Of a stretch of 64,000 nucleotides of DNA, positions 60,188-64,000 are shown piece after piece. This stretch comes from the human T2T-CHM13v2.0 reference genome, Homo sapiens. The stretch lies in assembly GCF_009914755.1 (NCBI RefSeq), contig NC_060932.1. One strand, 5' to 3'. Position numbers and translations under genes: made by a program. The notes beneath the pieces were generated by a model. The model worked only from the letters and a program-made list of their open reading frames with translations. It did no database searches and was not told where the DNA came from. The stretch's first letter is position 1. Every line of letters starts with the position of its first letter.

Positions 60188-60500
60188 GGCTGGATGTGGT
60201 GGCTCATGCTTGTAATCCTGGCTCTTTGGGAGGCCAAAATTGGCAGATCACTTGAGCCCAAGAGTTTGAGACCAGTCTGGGCAACATGGAGAAAAATCAT
60301 CTCTACAAAAAAAAAAAAAAAAAAAAAAAAAAAGCAAAAACAATTTAGCCTGCCATGGTGGCACTCACCAGTTAATACCAGCTACTTCACAGGCTGAGGT
60401 GGGACTTTGCTTAGCCTAGCAAAGTCGAGACTGTAGTGAGCCGTGATCTACTTCAGCCTGGGTGGCAGAATAAGACCCCATTTCCAAAAAATAAAAAAAA
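60188..60500 (+). mobile_element. AluJ with an expanded central A linker
   Basis: cacttgagcccaagagtttgagacc; A run from 60307; TSD acactgag. Confidence 0.87.
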
Positions 60501-61614
60501 TTAAAATTCACACTGAGTATGTAATTCCAAATGATTTCTCTCAAAGAAATATTTCTGGATAAATAAATATTACAGACAAATTAGCTGTTCAGTATAAAAA
60601 ACAGATTTTTATTTAGAAATAATATGTCCCCATATAAGAAGTCCCATAAGGTATGTTCTTCTACAAACATTATGTCAAAGGCTACCTGTGATCTCAAAGC
60701 ATCAGCTTGACCACCTGTCATTTATTTCTCAGGTTAAATGCTGTTTTATGAAGAAATGATGATATAAGAGCAATATGATAACATCGTAGATCCTTTCAAT
60801 GTTGTTGAAAAATGTGACAGAAAAAATATTTTAGATTGAATTACTTTACTTATAATAAAGAATTGAGCTTCTACAAATGCATATTAATCAGTTTTTGCTA
60901 ATTTAAGTGATTTTGTTACTTTTAAGTTTTAAAAGGCAGATTTATCAACAGCTCTCAAATACTTGCTTTTTTCTGTTATGACTACTTTCTTTTGGTCATC
61001 TTCATGCATGCTTGAAGTTTTAGGATTCATAACATTTGGAAATGTATCACTTTAAAGAATGAGGGAAGTCACACAGTGTACCATAATTCTTTTTGGTGCT
61101 TCAGTGACTAATATGGTGAGTGTTTCCCAGACCTCCAAGGTGCTTATTTCCTTGACTGGGAGAAGTATTGCTTGCTGCTGGCTTTCAGCCACCAGCTCTG
61201 AGCAAGAGTACTATCCAGCCAAGCTTATGCCCTCTCTGACATCTAATGACTGGGTCACAGGGTGAGTGGTATTTTATGCCATATTTACTGTACACATTTA
61301 TCCACTTCCTTAGTGCATATCTGGCTCACTGCTCTGTATTTACACCTCAATGTGACTTTATTTCCAGATTTAAAACATATTTCGAGAAAGCATACAAAAT
61401 TCACCAACTCAGGTGAATACACAGTTTGATAGAGTTTATTTTAGAGATAAAGTTTATTCTAATAGCTTTGAAAATGACTTCACTCATGTATTGTAGAATC
61501 ATTAAGAGTCAAAGGGATTGCTTACTTTTTTTGGTTACACTTTGCCGTGTTTTAGGAAGCAAATTATTTGCTGTACTGGTATTAAGGGATTTGCAAAAAT
61601 CTCAGGATGTAGAC

Positions 61615-61815
61615 TAATAATAAAAGCTGACATTTATTGAGCTTTACATTTATTGCATTTAATATTCATAATCATGTAATTAGGTAGACATTATTATTTT
61701 TACCATTTTAACAGATGGGTAAACCCGAGTTTGCTAATATTTACTTGGGACTTAGATCTGGAGCACAAACTTAGGATATTCTGGTAGCAAAGACTCTTCT
61801 CTCAACCACTGCTTC
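61615..61815 (-). mobile_element. MIR
   Basis: taataataaaagctgacatttattgagc...ccattttaacagatgggtaaacccgag...ctcttctctcaaccactg. Confidence 0.7.
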
Positions 61816-62354
61816 TTAAATAATAGTGATCTGCAGAACTTAATACACATATGCCCATAACCTCCCACATACCCACACATGGAGACAGACTTTCACAGTG
61901 TGTGTACAAGAGGGGTGTGGTTATAGCAATTTGGTTGGAAAATTGGGCAAGCTTTGGAAGCTTTTTACAGAAAGTTAAGAAACATCAACATTCTATTTAA
62001 AAGTAGAGAATATAATTTGGATATGACACAGACTATGGAAAGACTCTGGCATTATTCTTTGTGTGTGTGTGTGTCTGTGTGCGTGCGCGCGCGCATTGTG
62101 TACTCACACACATTCAAGAATGCCCAAGTATTATGGCAGAGATTCCAAGTTACATGGGTTTTAGATACCACTGAACTGTAACATCACTATATTTTTCTTA
62201 TGAAGTCCTCTATGGCCTTCATTTGCTATATTTTCCCCAAATTTCTGGTTTTTCCCTCTCTCTAATTTCTAGAGTTTTTAGTTTCCTTTTTACCATGTTC
62301 TCTTGGTAACATCACAATTCTCTTATTACCCAGATTCTGGTCTTTAACCTAAGA

Positions 62355-63880
62355 ATTACTGAGCTATAATTTATATAAAGTGAAATCCCCCTTTAAAGTG
62401 TCCAGTTTGATGGATTTTGGCAATGTGTACAATTATATAACCATCACCGCAATCAAGAGACAGAGTTTTATGCCCCTTTGCAGTACATCTTCCTGAAACC
62501 TTGGCCCTTTTTGTCATCAGAGTTTGACCTTCACTAGAATTTCATTTAAACAGAATCATATAGTGTGAAGTTGTATGTGCTAGACTTCATTTTAATCATA
62601 ATATTTAAATTTATTCCTGTTGTTGCATGCCTCAATATTTCATTCCTTTTTATTGCTTAGTAGCATTCCATAGTATGGATATACTGTAATTTGTTCATCC
62701 ATTAGACAAGTTATGGTCATTTGAACTGTTTCTAGTATCTGACTATTGTGAATAATGATTTTATGAACATTCTTGGACAATTTTATGTGGACATCTGTTG
62801 TCTGTTCACAGTTGTACTCTGGGTTAACACACAGAAGTGGGATTCCCGGGTCATACTATGTTATGTTTTACTTAATAAGAAACTGACTTACCATTTTCTA
62901 ACGGAGGTGTACCAAGTTTCACTACTGTTGGCAATGTGTGAGAATTCCAGTTGCTCCACATCCTGACCAAAACAGAATTGCCAGTCCATTAAATTTTACC
63001 CATTCCTGTGAATGGATATGTTATTTTACTATGGATTTAATTTTCATTTCTTTAATAATTAATGATGTTGAACATGTTTTATGGGCTTATTTGCCACTTA
63101 TATGTCTCTTGTGCCCATTAAAACTTCTTTGTATATCTTCTTCTTATTGACTTTTATGAATTTTTTATGTACTCTGGAAACAAGCAATTAGTCATGCATT
63201 TTCTGCAAATATTTTCTATCAGTTTGTGGCTTGTCTTTTTACTTCCTTGTGTCTTTCAAAGAGCAAAAGGTTTTAATATGTCACAAAATTTTCTCTTATA
63301 TTTCATTCTAGAGATTTTAGGGTTTTAGCTCTTCATGTAAGCCTGTGATCCATTTTAATTGGCTATTTAACTTTTGTGTATGGTGTGGATAAGTGTTGAG
63401 GTTCCTTTATTTCCATGCAAATAGGCAGTATGATTTGTTGCAAAGTCTATTTCTCCCCATTGAATTATCTTTGTAAGTTTGTCAAAAATTGATTCATAAA
63501 AGAACTATGAGTCTATTTCTGAATTATATTTTATGTTATGTAAATCCAAATGTTGATTCCTATGCCAGCATAACATTTTGTCATGATTACAATGGCTTTT
63601 ATTAAGCTTTAAAATCAGGGAGTGTGAGTTATCCCATCTTACCTTCTTTTCAAAATTGTTTTGCCTTTTCTAAGTCCCCTCTGTCTATGTAAGTATTAGA
63701 ATCCTCTTGATGATTAGTACACAACAAGCCTGCTGAGGTTTTGATTGGGATTATGTAAAACTGGGATTAATTTTTGGAGAATTGACATTCTAACAAAGCT
63801 AATCCATTAGCATATTATCTTTCTCCACTTATTTAGATATTATTTAATTTTGTGTTTTATAACTTTAAAAGTATGAGTTT
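62355..63880 (-). mobile_element. Old L1M (MC/ME-type) 3'UTR plus ORF2 3' part
   Basis: actgagctataatttatata...ttaaagtgtccagtttgatgg...gagaattccagttgctccacatcctgacc...ttgattgggatt. Confidence 0.75.
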
Positions 63881-63892
63881 CTTAAAAAAAGT

Positions 63893-63966
63893 AATTTTGA
63901 CATTTATTTTAGATTCAGGGAGCACATGTTCAGGTTTGTTACATGGGCATATTGTATGATGCTGAG
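63893..63966 (-). mobile_element. L1P 3' end interrupted by a MaLR LTR
   Basis: tttattttagattcagggagcacatgttcaggtttgttacatggg...gatgctgag. Confidence 0.75.
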
Positions 63967-64000
63967 TGATATGGTTTGGGTGTGTCCTCACCCAAATCTC
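63967..64000 (+). mobile_element. Start of a THE1/MST LTR (runs off the window)
   Basis: tgatatggtttgggtgtgtcctcacccaaatctc. Confidence 0.85.

Overview
Primate (very probably human) genomic DNA that is mostly transposable-element derived. I find one protein-coding exon: 159 nt at 20394-20552 on the + strand, bounded by AG/GT. I recognise its peptide from memory as CNBD1 (cyclic nucleotide-binding domain containing 1, chr8q21.3, probably exon 4), so the window would be parts of the two flanking introns. Major inserts are (1) a decayed HERV9/LTR12 provirus (-) that landed in an Alu and has lost its 5' LTR; (2) a two-LTR THE1 MaLR element inside a MIR; (3) an L1MA carrying an Alu with a perfect 105-bp tandem duplication; and (4) a nested stack of about 16 kb: old L1M > MER52-type ERV > AluS, AluY, solo LTR12 and a near full-length L1PA whose whole 5'UTR promoter is inverted by twin priming. 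All retroviral and L1 ORFs are disrupted. I see no evidence of a new gene system. The most notable signals are structural: the promoter-flipped L1, the recent Alu duplication, a permuted gag order, an 88-bp non-TE dispersed duplication, and inverted Alus around a symmetric exon. Repeat subfamily names come from recalled consensus sequences and should be confirmed with RepeatMasker/Dfam; boundaries of old, diverged repeats are approximate.
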